From: Psammoneis japonica
Taxonomy: Eukaryota
DNA: 64,000 nt
NCBI GenBank assembly: GCA_008632985.1
Contig: QPGO01000200.1
Coordinates: forward strand, 1 to 64,000
Direction: 5' to 3'
The translations under genes were made by a program, and so were the position numbers. Below, in pieces: positions 52,655-64,000 of this stretch; position 1 is the stretch's first letter; each line of letters starts with the position of its first letter. The notes under the pieces are model-generated. The model saw only the letters and a list, made by a program, of their open reading frames with translations, had not been told where the DNA came from and made no database searches.

Positions 52655-53260
52655 GTCGTGAAAATCCACGTTGCGGAAAAGTACAACGCGGTTTGTACTG
52701 GAATTGACGTAGAATTCTACAGGGATAATATTTTGAGCGCCGTTATTTTTAAATATTGTGGATATTCGTGCCGAATGGGGCATTGACATGCTAATGCTAA
52801 TTATTATATATCATACGATGACATACATGTATATATAATCCTGGCTGCACTTTCCTACAACGGTGTGGAGAATGACCGGAAAATGACTGTGACCCAAAAA
52901 TCGTACACTGTTGCACAAAAGCGCAACGATGCGCGGACCAGGGATGTGATGTACCCTGATTATCATAGAAAATCTGTACGAAAATCAAAATCTGTACCTA
53001 TTTTTGAGGGGCTTGAAAAAATCTGTACCTATTCTGCACGGAAATCTGGAATCTGTACCCCAGTGCAAATGTACGTAGGATGTACGTAGAACGCGCCAGG
53101 CCTACCTGGAAGGGGTTCTTCAAATCTGAGAAAATCCAAAGCCAGTTTTAGCAAAATCAATGAAAATCTATACTTTTTGAGAATCTGTGCCTATTTCTCC
53201 GGAAGCCTTGAAAATCTGTACCTGTTTTAAACCAAAATCTGGAGTGCAGATTTTCTATGA
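52655..53260. repeat. Structured terminus-like region with an inverted repeat and clustered AAAATCTGTAC motifs
   Basis: CGTTGCGGAAAAGTACAAC (~52668) versus GCTGCACTTTCCTACAACG (~52844). AA(A)TCTGTAC at ~52970, 52988, 53018, 53050 and 53212. Confidence 0.55.
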
Positions 53261-53599
53261 TAATCAGGGTACTGCATCTACAGCATCGCGAAACCCATGC
53301 AGTTTTGAAGTTCACGCGGTCAAAATCTACGGTGCAGCATGCAACAGGTTCAAGGTGTGCACGGAAATTCTTCCTCCAGGCCAGCTGTCTCACATTGACA
53401 GTTTCAAGTTGAGCGTCTTGTTGCAGAAAAACTTGTTGTTTCTCTCTCTCCTCTCTCTTTGATGCACTGCATGAAGATTTGCTTCTTGAAAGCCGTGCTT
53501 GGCTTTCTCTGTGTCCCTGCCTTTTGGGCGGATGCAAAGCTCCAGTGTGAACATCGGGGCCCAGGTTTCGGCAGCCACAATCCAAAGGCACGCGCTTGC

Positions 53600-56500
53600 A
53601 GCTTGACGTGCAAGTTGGATCCCTGCGGCAAGTGAAGTCAAGACAAAAATCGACAGGTGATCCATTCATGTGGCATGTGATGGCATCAACATGGACAGCA
53701 TCTCAAAGTCCATTTTGTTCTCTTTCCCTTTTGCTTTTGCTCTTTCAACTCCATCCTTCTCAAGGTCCAAAAGGGCTGCGAGATGCCGCCTCGTTCATCA
53801 CAGACGAGTTGGCACCAATGTCCATGTTGGTCTGCTCATTGGGTGATGAAGAAAGCGGGAACATCTTGAATCTTTACAACTTGCTCATGGTTGTTAGAGG
53901 CATTGCTGTGAACAACCCCTTCTGTGCAATTCGCTCCGACTGCTTCACCGTTTGCACCATCATCAGGCCGATCGATGTAATTTCGAACATCGTGAGGAAA
54001 GTGAGAAAGGCAAGTGCTCTCCTTGTGTCTCATTGTGCCTGTGAGACGCGTCTCCACACTGTTCACACACATCAATTGTTGCCACTTGTTTCCTTCGTTC
54101 TGACAATGATTGGCTTCAGGTTCCAGTCCTCAAAACGAGGGCGGAAAAGATTGAAAAAGGATGGAAACCAGCCAGTTTGGTCAACAAGTTGGACAAAAAA
54201 CTGGAGGAAAAGTGCAAGCAGTTCAGTGGTTTCAAGGGCAGAATCGTCGACAAAATCCTGGGTGTGCTGGCCAAACTCATTTGCTGCTGCAAGCTTGCAG
54301 AGCCTTTTCTCACCAACTTGTGTGCGACTCCCTCTGTGAAACAAACAATGACATTGCTGTCTTCAAACGCTTTGCGGATGTAAGTTTCTTGTGTGATCCC
54401 CCGCAGACTTTTTTGCTGTGACATCTCTCTCACGCTCTTTCCCCATTGTCTGTGCAGCTTTTCAAGTGAAGAATTCGGAAGAAGCAGCGGGAGAGAAGTC
54501 TCTTGAGGGGCAAACCCCGAAACGGCACTGCGACAGTGGGGGATCTCATTTCGGATGAGGAAATGCACGAATCGTTCCACCACGCTCTTGCGAATGTCGA
54601 AGATCCACACGCGGCAGCCATGCTCAAGAAGTGGCACATTTTGCGTTTTGACCAAATTCGGAAGATGCCATTTGACGAAGTCCAACAAGTCCAAATGAAC
54701 ACCATGGTGAACGGCCGACGTCTGGGTCCAGTGGAAGACTTTGATGACACGGATTTGAGAGCTGTGCTTGATGCTTTGCAAGACTGGGCTGGTTCGTTCC
54801 AGGCAATGGACAAAAAGATTGGCGAGCTCAACGATCAAGTCATCATTCCAGCACAGGAGTGCATTGGGAAATTGTTTTCTGAAGATGGCATTCTCAAGAC
54901 CATTGCAAGGATTCTGGAGCCAATGCAGCCAGTCTTCAACGTTCTTGATGAGATCTCTCAGCATCTCGAGTGTCTGGCATGCCCCGATGAATTGGGCTTC
55001 ATCTGTGATCTAGACCAAATCATTGAAGACGAAGTGAAGAAATTGTCAGCGAAGGCCGGAATTGACGTCGATGCTCTCATTGATGCCTTCGTTGATGAGA
55101 TCACTGGTGCTCTAGAAGCCCTGGGAGTTCCTGCACCAGACGTCATTGATGCAAATGTCCCCAATCTGGTTGATTTGCCATCACTGGAAAACTTTGAGGC
55201 ATTCTTCCTTGCTCCGCTTGAAGCGAAACTCGAAGCGTTTGTGGCAGCTCCAAACATTGATCCACTCAAACAGCTCTTCGACCGTTCAGGAAATGTGGAT
55301 GTGACCGCAGGAACCAGCGCTTTTGAATGCTTGTGCGCATCAGTGTCCAAACAAAATGCTGTGTTGCTGGATTGTCCCAGTTCCGAGTTTCCAGTGGCGC
55401 TGAATGCAAAGAGGCAAACGGCCGTTTGCGAATGTGACGAATTCTCTTCAAGGGTTGTTGCCCCTTGCGGAACTGATGGGTCCCGGAGCTCCTGCGACAT
55501 TGACGGTGCAATGCACGGCCGTTCAGACTGCAACGGTGAACCAGTGCTGCCCATCAGTGATGTCGCAGGCATTGATTCCTCGCAAGATTTGCTCAGAGTG
55601 TCTGCCAACTGCATTTGCGCCACTCCGACAGAATTCAAGGATTTGGGCCTCATGCCGATCTACTTCACTGAGGAAGACCCCAATTCTCTGCAGTGCGGCC
55701 TTGGAGAGCAGATCGCTGTCTTGAAAGCGGTTGCGCGGGATCCTTGCGAAACTGGCCGGGCTGCTAACGAGAAATCTCCTTTCTTCAGAGAGTGGAATTG
55801 TTGGTGTGATCTCAGTGTCAGGTTCATGAATGACCCCCTCCCAGGCAACTCAAACTTTGAAACCATCTTCGATTTTCTTGTTGCTGTGAAAATGTCGCGT
55901 GACCAGCACCATGACGATTTGACAGAGTGTGCAAAACTCAACCAAAAAAGCTTTTTGTGGGTCATTCGGACATGAGCGAAGATTTTCCGGGCCAGTTCCA
56001 GTCCGTCTGTGCTGAGGATCAAATGGCGATCGTTCGTACAATGATTTTCTCCAAGACGGTGGCTCGAGCAACAGTTGCGACACGCATCAAGACACTCATC
56101 TCGAGTGCTTTTGTGATTTTGAGTGCCCCTCACCCGACGGTTGGGACGACTTTGATGATCCAGATTCACTGGTCAACGATTGATGACATTGGTGGTGGAG
56201 GCTGGTGGTGTGACTGGGATGAGCGGTTCTCAATTACGGCGGCAGCCTTTGGCAATCTGGCAGGTTTTTGGGAAAAAGGAAGAAACAGAGCTGCAGACAT
56301 TCTTGCCGATGCCCTGAGTTTTGAAGCAGAGTGTCTTGAGATTCTTCAGGAAGAATGCGATGGAGAGCAGCAGTGTGACCTTGTCAACTCAAATCAGTTG
56401 CTTGATTGTTTCGCGAGCTGCCAAACCAGTTCAGGGAACACCGTCCCATTGCAAAACACGAGATTTCTTGTTCGTGTTTCTTGGATGGTCGGGACATCTC

Positions 56501-58373
56501 AACGCCTGGGAAAAATCTTTTCATTGCAGTTGGTTTTCGAGATGCTGCTGCAAGCAGCATGACTTTGGAATGCCCAGAGTTTGGTGTCACAAACGTCCTT
56601 TCAGCGGAGGCAGGTGACGGAGGTTTTACCAACAAAGTGAACTTGGATTGCAGGGGCCAGACGGACAGAACTCTGTCGTCATCGACAACAACACTTTGGG
56701 AGTCACCACCAGCGCATTTGCATTGAGTGCGAATGCATTTGTGAGGCTCCCAAGATCCCTCTGTTGGTCTACAACAAGGACACGTCTACTTTCAGCTGCG
56801 ATCCATGCAAAAAGGGAACGCATTGGGATGCCAGCATGGCAGACTGTGAAGCATGTCCCCCTGGAACTTTTTGGACTTGGATTCCGGCGCGTCAAGTTGC
56901 ACGAATTGCCTTGCTGGGAGCGTCAGCCGGATGCGGATTCTCAACCTGCATCGACTGCTCTCCAGGGACATGCAACCCTTCGGACAGTCAAACCGAGGAA
57001 AAAGCTTGCCTTCCTTGCCCTGTGAACCGGTTCAACACTGATGCAGGAAAGGATTCCTGCGGGCCGTGTCCTGCAGGGTCTGAAGCACCCTCGGAGGGTG
57101 GCACAGCATGTGCCAAAGTCGCGAGGGTTTCTTCTCTTTCAAGGGGGAGTCCGCTGAACCATGTCACCTGGTGCTTGCAGCAATGCTGAAGGGGCACCTG
57201 ACAGGTGCGTGGACTGTCCAGAAGGGTCATTCGCAGCCAACGAGGAAGCGAAAATTGTGAGCGTGCCCAATCGACACATGCGCGGATGGCAGGGAATGTG
57301 AGCATCCAGTGGCAGGAAACCAGGGACAGTGGATGCCATGGTGTCAGTCTGGTCATGACTGTACTTGATGAGCTCGTCGGAGTGTGGCAGTGGGGATGTG
57401 GACTGGGCAATCTGGAATGCGACGCAATGTTGGAGAGCCGCATTGGTCAGCTTGGAAATGGCATGCAACAAAGGTGGTGGATGGAATGCGGAACAATGCG
57501 GGTGCGATGGGGGAGATTGCTGTCCTCACACATGGCATGCTTTGGATCGCTGCTGTCGACTTGTCACGCCATCTTTCTTCGAGAATCTGGTGCCAATCCA
57601 TTCTTTATGCGTGTTTTTCACCAGCACGATCCCTGATGATTTTGATCCAATGTGACAGGTGTTGGCACATTGGAAAATCTTTGTTCCTGGAGCACTTGCA
57701 ATTGTCTTGATCCAAGGCATGCGGTGACGCCGTGCAGCATTGACAGGGAAGAACTGTGCTCTGAGACCGGTGTCACACCAAATCAGTTCCTCCAGCTTGT
57801 TTGGATCGCCCTCTGACGGCTTCTGTGACTCTGAACTCAACACCAAAGAATTCAATTTTGATGGAGGTGATTGTTGTCTTGGAACTTGTGTCAAAACCAC
57901 TGGCAGGTGGACAACGGTCTGGCATTTCTTCCTCTGCTTTATCATTTCATGCCACTCATTGGATTTCTCACGTTTCTTTTGACTTTCAGATCCGGCATCA
58001 TGCGAAGAGATCCCATGCACGTGTCTGGCTCCAATGCCAATGCCTTCAAACATGCCATCAATGGAGCCCAGTGCTCAACCCAGTGCAGAACCCAGTGACC
58101 AACCCAGTGAATGCCAAGCTCCCAACCCAGTGTAGAGCCAGGTGCACGTGCTCACCTCATGGTTCTCGAGGTGGAAGAGCTTGTCACCGCTGGCACTCTC
58201 CGGCCAACAAGAGTGCAAACATCATCAAGAAACTGGAAAATTCAGCCAAATTTGTCGACCAGGGCAACTGCAGCAGTGCCATTGTTCAGATGGACATTTT
58301 CAAGAAGAATCTGCTCAAGAACGTGACTCCAAGTGAAGCAAAGAGTTTGATTGAGACTGCCAACAACAATTGA
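53600..58373 (+). pseudogene. Large multidomain Cys-rich extracellular protein gene (GCC2_GCC3/TNFR-like repeats, LNR/Notch repeats, PS-rich stalk), inactivated
   Basis: CEACPPGT, CLPCPVNRFN..GKDSCGPCPAG, CDA..N..QCGCDGGDCC, DGFCDSELNT..FNFDGGDCC, PSNMPSMEPSAQPS. The 490-aa ORF 54503-55975 has a single Tyr; many frameshifts. Confidence 0.7.
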
Positions 58374-59667
58374 TCAGCTGACTTCTTTTTGAATTGAGCT
58401 GGGCCTGCGGGAAATGGCAAATTTTGCCAAATTGTTGGATGAACACTGGAAGCATCATTTTTGTACAGTTCGCCATTTTTTTTTGACGGGGACATGCAAT
58501 GATGCGAAGTGAAAAGTGCTGATGTCAACACCCCTTTTTCTGAAGACAAACTTGTGTTTTCGGGGAAAGTTGCCCATCATTGGTGATTCAAAAAGCACAG
58601 AAACACAGCGACCTTTTCAAAAACATTCATGTTCTGAACGCCCAACAACACAAAAAACAGCCTTGCCCAGGGAAATCGAGCACAGCAGCAGCAAAGTCCT
58701 CAGGAATGTTCATGACCATGCAATTCGTCAATCTTCAAGCCTTGAGAAGAGCTGGCACACCAGCTCATCTCCTTTCTTGCGCAAACATCTGCTTGCCCAC
58801 AACAGAAACAACGCAGTCGTGGTCTCAGAACATCTCCGTCTGCAGCTTTGTCAGGCCCCGCAGCAGGGTCAGAGGACATCTCGCAGGATGTTCTCTGCTT
58901 TTTGCTTGTTGTGCAGCCAAGACAAGTCCTCGACACACCAGCCAGGGAACATGGTTCACATCGACTTCATTTGCATCATTCTTGGATGTGGGGCCTGCTG
59001 CTTGCCCAGTGCAGCAGCAATGTGGTCATGGTCCAGATCCCAGAGTCATGAGTGCAAATGCCTGCCAACCCACGACAGCACTCTCAAGGTTGTGGCCTGT
59101 TCCAGCTCCAGGTGATCTGCTTTTCATCACTCGAGAGGCCGATTTTCTGTGCAGTTCAGTGCAATTAACTCCTTCAATTTTGATCGTTTCGAAAATCGAA
59201 AGGTGAGTGTACACCCGAAAATGCATGCAAAGTGTGCACCTGCCCTTCGATTTGGCAAAAACGGACTTGGAAAAAGTCAATTGCGCCAAATGCACAAATT
59301 TCCAAATGATGGGAATCGAACCCGCGCGGAGCACCTGGAGCTGGAACAGGCCTTGTCGTTTGCAACAATGAATCATCTGGCATCAATGACAGAGCTGCTT
59401 AGAGATGAAGTCCAATTTTATGATTGGGCACCGGCATGGAGCAACGATGACGTGCTACACAGGCGGCTGTGCTCCAAAAATCTGTTAGTCTGTCCATCAC
59501 TCCGTCATTGGGCTGCCAATTTACAGTAGGGCCCTATTTCGACTTTCGACTTTCGACAAGCTTTTTCGACACATGACAAAAACAACTGACACAATGAGGA
59601 TCGACGGGACGCAAACTCCGTAGGTGTTTCTTTTATAAGGCTTACCATATCATACTTACAGCTCGCA

Positions 59668-61338
59668 ATGACAGCCAAGGGTGAAATTGAGCGACGTCCT
59701 CCTGATACACAAAGTCTGCAACAGAAGGCAAGACGACACCGTACAAGTACTTTTACGTCAGAGAGGAGACAACCAGGAATGTACATTGATCCTAACGACC
59801 GCAGAAAGATCAGAGCAGGGAAAGCGAATATAAAGCGTGACATCAGCATTTTTGTTGGTTTCATCGGTTTGATCATAGCATTGTCCGTTTCGCTGCGGGA
59901 TGTAGGCCGCTCTGAAAAATACCGGTCTGCTGATTCGGAGCTTCTCAAGCAGAGCAAGTCGAGAAAAGCTGATTGTGGCCTCTATCTTGCGAAGAGTTCC
60001 ATCCCGGGAGTTAATGGATATGGTGTGTTTGCTGGAAAAGTAATAAGAAAAGGAGATGTTGTACTTGGATCCGGCTTGGCTATTCCAACCATACCCGAGT
60101 TGACTCAGCATCAGCTGCTTCTGAAGCACCACCCATTGCTAGCAAACATCAAGAGCGTTGCTTCACCACATATCTCCGAAATCAACACCACGGGAGAAAA
60201 ATTTATATTTCGGGCTACCAAAAACATCGACCCTGGAGAAGAACTCTTTGTTGAATTCCAAGAGCACCACACAATGGACATTTTCTCATCTATTCCCAGA
60301 ATAGATGATTATCTTCTTGCTGACGAAATTGTGCAAGAAGAAATCAAATTTCATATCAAACCTCGTCAGATGGGGAGGAGAGTTTCATATGGTATGTGTC
60401 ATGAATTTTGCAATGCTCATCCTTATTTTTGAATCGTTCGTTGATAATAAGAATGTTGTGAATCCTTCAGACTCCATGCTGAAGCACGCTCAACGTGTTG
60501 TTTCGAAATTAGACACTAAGGTGTCATTGCTCCTCCCAACAACAACCAATACTCTGAACGAGATGAAATCCAGGAAGAACATTACCGCTTTGCTCTCTAT
60601 GAAAAATCGAACTATTGAGTGGTTGGACATAGGAAATGGACAATGTTTAGATAACGTTTTCTCGGAATCGGACGGTGTTCATTTTGCCACACGCCCATTG
60701 AGGAAGGACTCCGTCATACTACCAGTGCCACTGCATGTGTCGCAGTCCGTAGGAAGTTACTCGAATGCTGAGGGTGGATTTTGTTCTGGGCTTGATGAAT
60801 CGGCTGATGCAATGCACCCAAGTGTAGGCTGTTTTGGCCATGGTGACTCCACCGTAATACTTTGTCCATTATCGGCAGCTACGTTCATTGGTCATCAATC
60901 GGCTGGTGAAAATGATGTCCCTAATGCAAGATATGTGTGGTCGAAAGGAAACAACGCGAACAGGAAGGCTTTTGATTTGCCCATCGAAGACATGTTGAAG
61001 GTGAGTGTGCGACACTAATAGCAACCCCCTTGACTACGCCTTTTCTCACTGAGCCTCTTCCCGTGTTGCTACATAGGATCATTCACTTAGTCTTGGCCTT
61101 TCATTTGATGTTGTAGCTTTGCGCGACATAAACGCGGGAGAGAAGGTGAGTCGAATCAATTCGTTTTCAGCGAATGGATCGAGGCGCGTCTAACGTCGTT
61201 GGACAACTCGTTTCACCTCAGATTGTTTTGGAGCATCGAACGGCATTGGTTGCTAACGAAGGCGCTTATTCTAATGTGATTCAATTTCATATTCGAGACG
61301 AACTTTTGCCACCAGCATGGAAGCAAAGTCGCAAGTAA
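59668..61338 (+). CDS. Membrane-anchored SET-like domain protein; about 3 introns
   Basis: TM segment, then CGLYLAKSSIPG..GVFAG, RATKNIDPGEELFV and a second ALRDINAGEK. GT-AG introns at ~60392-60451, 61001-61077 and 61146-61221. Confidence 0.7.
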
Positions 61339-61445
61339 CAGCAATACTACATACGATATGGTTCTCTCGATATCTTCGATCTTTTTAGTTGTTGACTGAC
61401 TCAATCTATCGTTTGATTCTTCCATCTTTGTAGATATTGACTGAC

Positions 61446-63281
61446 TCAATCTCTCGTTTGATTCACGCGTAGTTCTTCGCCTTGCATGATCGATTCCAGC
61501 TCGGCCACTAACTGCGACGCAGATATTCGTTTCTTGGGATCTAGCTCGAATGATTTATTTATCAGAGATGCCAAAGCGGCGTCAGATGACCCCGGAGCCA
61601 TGTACCGTTGATGGATTTCTGGTTTCTTTCCTTTCTTGACATTTTTCTTTATCGTGGCTGTGTCAACCAATTTGAACGGCTTCGAGCCTGTCAGAATTCC
61701 ATAAAGCACGTTACCCAATGAAAAGATATCGATTTTCTCTGTCACCTTCTTCCCTTCATATTCTTCGGGGCTACGGGAAAATCCAGGAGCTGAAGGGATT
61801 TTGACAGGGCAAGGCAAGCCTGTGTAGACGGATTCAGGCATGAATCGGCAACGGTTAAAGTCATTGAGTTTGACACCGACCTTCGGGTCGACAAGAAATT
61901 GCTTCGCTTGAATGTCTGCGTGGATGATAGGACCACCTGGCAGGTCATGAATAGCTGCCAGTCCACGAGAAACGTCTAAAGCCAACTGTAAGCGTCCCAA
62001 GGGTGTCTTCCGCGTGAATTGTTCGTGTGCATCATCAACTGAGACTCTATCAACATCGATATCCCCGTAAATGACCTCGGACAAATCCAAGCCGGCGTAT
62101 TCTGTGAGTACTGTGTTTGCACAATGCCCATAAATATCAACGACGTTCGGCGACGAAGATAATCTTTCCATGACAAGCGCATCGCGTCGATGACGATCCA
62201 AGTTACGAGGATCGAGTTCGTGCTCTCCCTTCATCACTTTGAGAACGGCGGGGGCACTGAAGGACCCATCACGGCTAACAGCACCACGTGCCTCGGCATG
62301 TGGGTCGACTTTCCATACACTCCTCCACAGTCCGCTCCCAACGAAGCCACTTTTCTTTGCGGTCACTGTAACTCCTTTCGCCAGGCGAAAAGATTCTCGT
62401 AAGTCAATCTCATGAATATCATTGCACGTAGGGAAGACCAAATTTTGCCACTCAGTCGCCTTGCACCCTTCTGGAAGCGCTTCGACGACAGCCATCTTTT
62501 TCTTTCTGTGTCGAGGGGCTGTCTTGAATTTATTCGATAGCCCTTCTACCGCGCCACGTACTGCATCTCTTGCGGAAGTTCCTAGGACCTGTCCTCCATC
62601 TCCCTTGTGCTTTTGCTGCAATATTTTTAAACGCTCTTTGAGCTTTCCAGCAGAGAGTTCGTGTTGAAATGGATCATCATTATCTCTCCACCCCATCGTA
62701 GGCTTGTTGCCATATTTTGATTGGACGTACAGCCAAACTAACAAAGACAGGATTAGACTAACAGTGCATTTGCGGCCACCAATTATTGCTCCGTGGTTTC
62801 GTTTTCGACGGCGTCGTCGTTTGCTGCCGTAGCTTTCAGCGCTATTCATGGAGGGATCTTGCTCCGATTCAAAGGCATACGACGGCGACGTTATTCCCGT
62901 CGCACGTCGTCGTACTGAAGTTACATGGCCGTACATTCCTTCCTCCTGTGAGTATGAAGGACTCTGGAGAGAAGAGGAGAGGCTGCGCCTGGCGCTTTCA
63001 TCATTCAAGGACGACGATTCAGTGTCAGAAGACGATGATTCATCTTCATTGCTGCTTGTGCTGTCTGAACGCAGATCACTGCCACTGTAAGAAGACGCAC
63101 TGTCGTCGCTGTGCTCTTCTTGGTCGTCCCAATTAATCTCATTCTCATGTGACGCCTGGACTCGACGGAACATGCTTTTAGGGTGGACGGGTCGCCGCCA
63201 TCGTGAAACAACAATCGAACGAGAGCAAGAGCAGAAAGCAAAAAGGCAAACCAAACGTGACAACCATGCCATCCGGCACAT
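61446..63281 (-). CDS. Type II membrane protein kinase (PKDCC/VLK-like)
   Basis: GSGLWRSVW, VLKVMK, HADIQAKQFL, KLNDFN, RSPEEY, DIFSLGN; a TM segment precedes the kinase domain. Confidence 0.85.
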   Translation of the reverse strand: MCRMAWLSRLVCLFAFCSCSRSIVVSRWRRPVHPKSMFRRVQASHENEINWDDQEEHSDDSASSYSGSDLRSDSTSSNEDESSSSDTESSSLNDESARRSLSSSLQSPSYSQEEGMYGHVTSVRRRATGITSPSYAFESEQDPSMNSAESYGSKRRRRRKRNHGAIIGGRKCTVSLILSLLVWLYVQSKYGNKPTMGWRDNDDPFQHELSAGKLKERLKILQQKHKGDGGQVLGTSARDAVRGAVEGLSNKFKTAPRHRKKKMAVVEALPEGCKATEWQNLVFPTCNDIHEIDLRESFRLAKGVTVTAKKSGFVGSGLWRSVWKVDPHAEARGAVSRDGSFSAPAVLKVMKGEHELDPRNLDRHRRDALVMERLSSSPNVVDIYGHCANTVLTEYAGLDLSEVIYGDIDVDRVSVDDAHEQFTRKTPLGRLQLALDVSRGLAAIHDLPGGPIIHADIQAKQFLVDPKVGVKLNDFNRCRFMPESVYTGLPCPVKIPSAPGFSRSPEEYEGKKVTEKIDIFSLGNVLYGILTGSKPFKLVDTATIKKNVKKGKKPEIHQRYMAPGSSDAALASLINKSFELDPKKRISASQLVAELESIMQGEELRVNQTRD

Positions 63282-63522
63282 GCAACATTCCTAATTCTGG
63301 ATTCCGCGCTCTACGCTCACGTCGTGTGTTATCTTTATACGACCAAAATGACCGGGGTCATAGACAGAAGACAAAAATACTCGCGGTGACGACGGGAAGT
63401 GCCATGAAGTCGCGCCACTCCTCACAAAATCTCTCATTTTCCGCGTGGCAACAGAGCAATTGGAAACTTTCAACGTGTACGGACATCGAGCACGTAGGAA
63501 GGCGAAATCCGGTATAAGAACT

Positions 63523-64000
63523 ATGGCGCCAGAAATGAACCACAACGGCGTGTCATCTCCTGTTCATCAAAAACCATCTCTTGGCTTTACGATTGTTGGG
63601 GACGGAGATGACGTGAGAATTCTGGTAGACGCCGGGATGATATCAACGATAAGGCAGAGTTCTCTCTGGTCTCTTTCTTCCGAACAAGCCGATTATGAGA
63701 ATCACGGGGTGGCGTGGACTTGCGAACTATGCTGCTATGAGAATGCGGATGGGTGCAGTAATATGTGCTCTGTCTGCGGCACCAAAAGGGCAGCCGAACC
63801 GAATCCCTTGCCTGAACGCGATGACGACCCGAGCAACAAGCCAAAAGACAACAAGGCAGAACATCCTGGAGCCAACATTGAAGCTGAAGCATCTTCCGGG
63901 CGTGTGGACGAAGAAGAAAAACGTGGCGAGGACCAGTATTCAGAAACCGAAGATGAAGCCAAAACGCATGTCACAGAAGATCCTATGAAGACCGAAAACG
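63523..64000 (+). CDS. RanBP2-type zinc-finger protein, 5' part only
   Basis: Frame open from ATG 63523 to the window end; WTCELCCYENADGCSNMCSVCG. Confidence 0.7.
   Translation, partial: MAPEMNHNGVSSPVHQKPSLGFTIVGDGDDVRILVDAGMISTIRQSSLWSLSSEQADYENHGVAWTCELCCYENADGCSNMCSVCGTKRAAEPNPLPERDDDPSNKPKDNKAEHPGANIEAEASSGRVDEEEKRGEDQYSETEDEAKTHVTEDPMKTEN

Noticed and set aside
52960..53260. CRISPR-like array (also 42750-42990 and 5116-5605)
   Set aside because: The repeats are short or degenerate with irregular spacing, there are no cas genes, and the context is eukaryotic.

Overview
Eukaryotic nuclear DNA, most likely from a pennate diatom (inferred from short GT-AG introns, dense gene spacing and CoDi-like Copia and diatom-type Gypsy elements). 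Gene islands of normal composition encode an MRS2/CorA Mg transporter, mL46, NDUFB7, an HMG-box protein, QueH, V-ATPase D, DDX51/Dbp6, a SET-like protein, a PKDCC-like kinase and a RanBP2-ZnF protein. They alternate with sharply bounded repeat-derived blocks (about 1-1.5k, 3.0-13.1k, 17.3-25.5k, 41.0-42.5k, 45.6-52.7k, 53.3-59.5k) that have lost almost every TpA dinucleotide. In those blocks conserved Tyr codons read Cys or His. The two 379-bp LTRs of one Gypsy element differ mainly by reciprocal TG/CA pairs at ancestral TA sites. This points to a post-integration, both-strand, repeat-targeted TpA->TpG/CpA (A:T->G:C) hypermutation process, the reverse direction of fungal RIP, and is the main candidate novel system. 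All calls are by eye from the sequence and the ORF track; no searches or counts were run.
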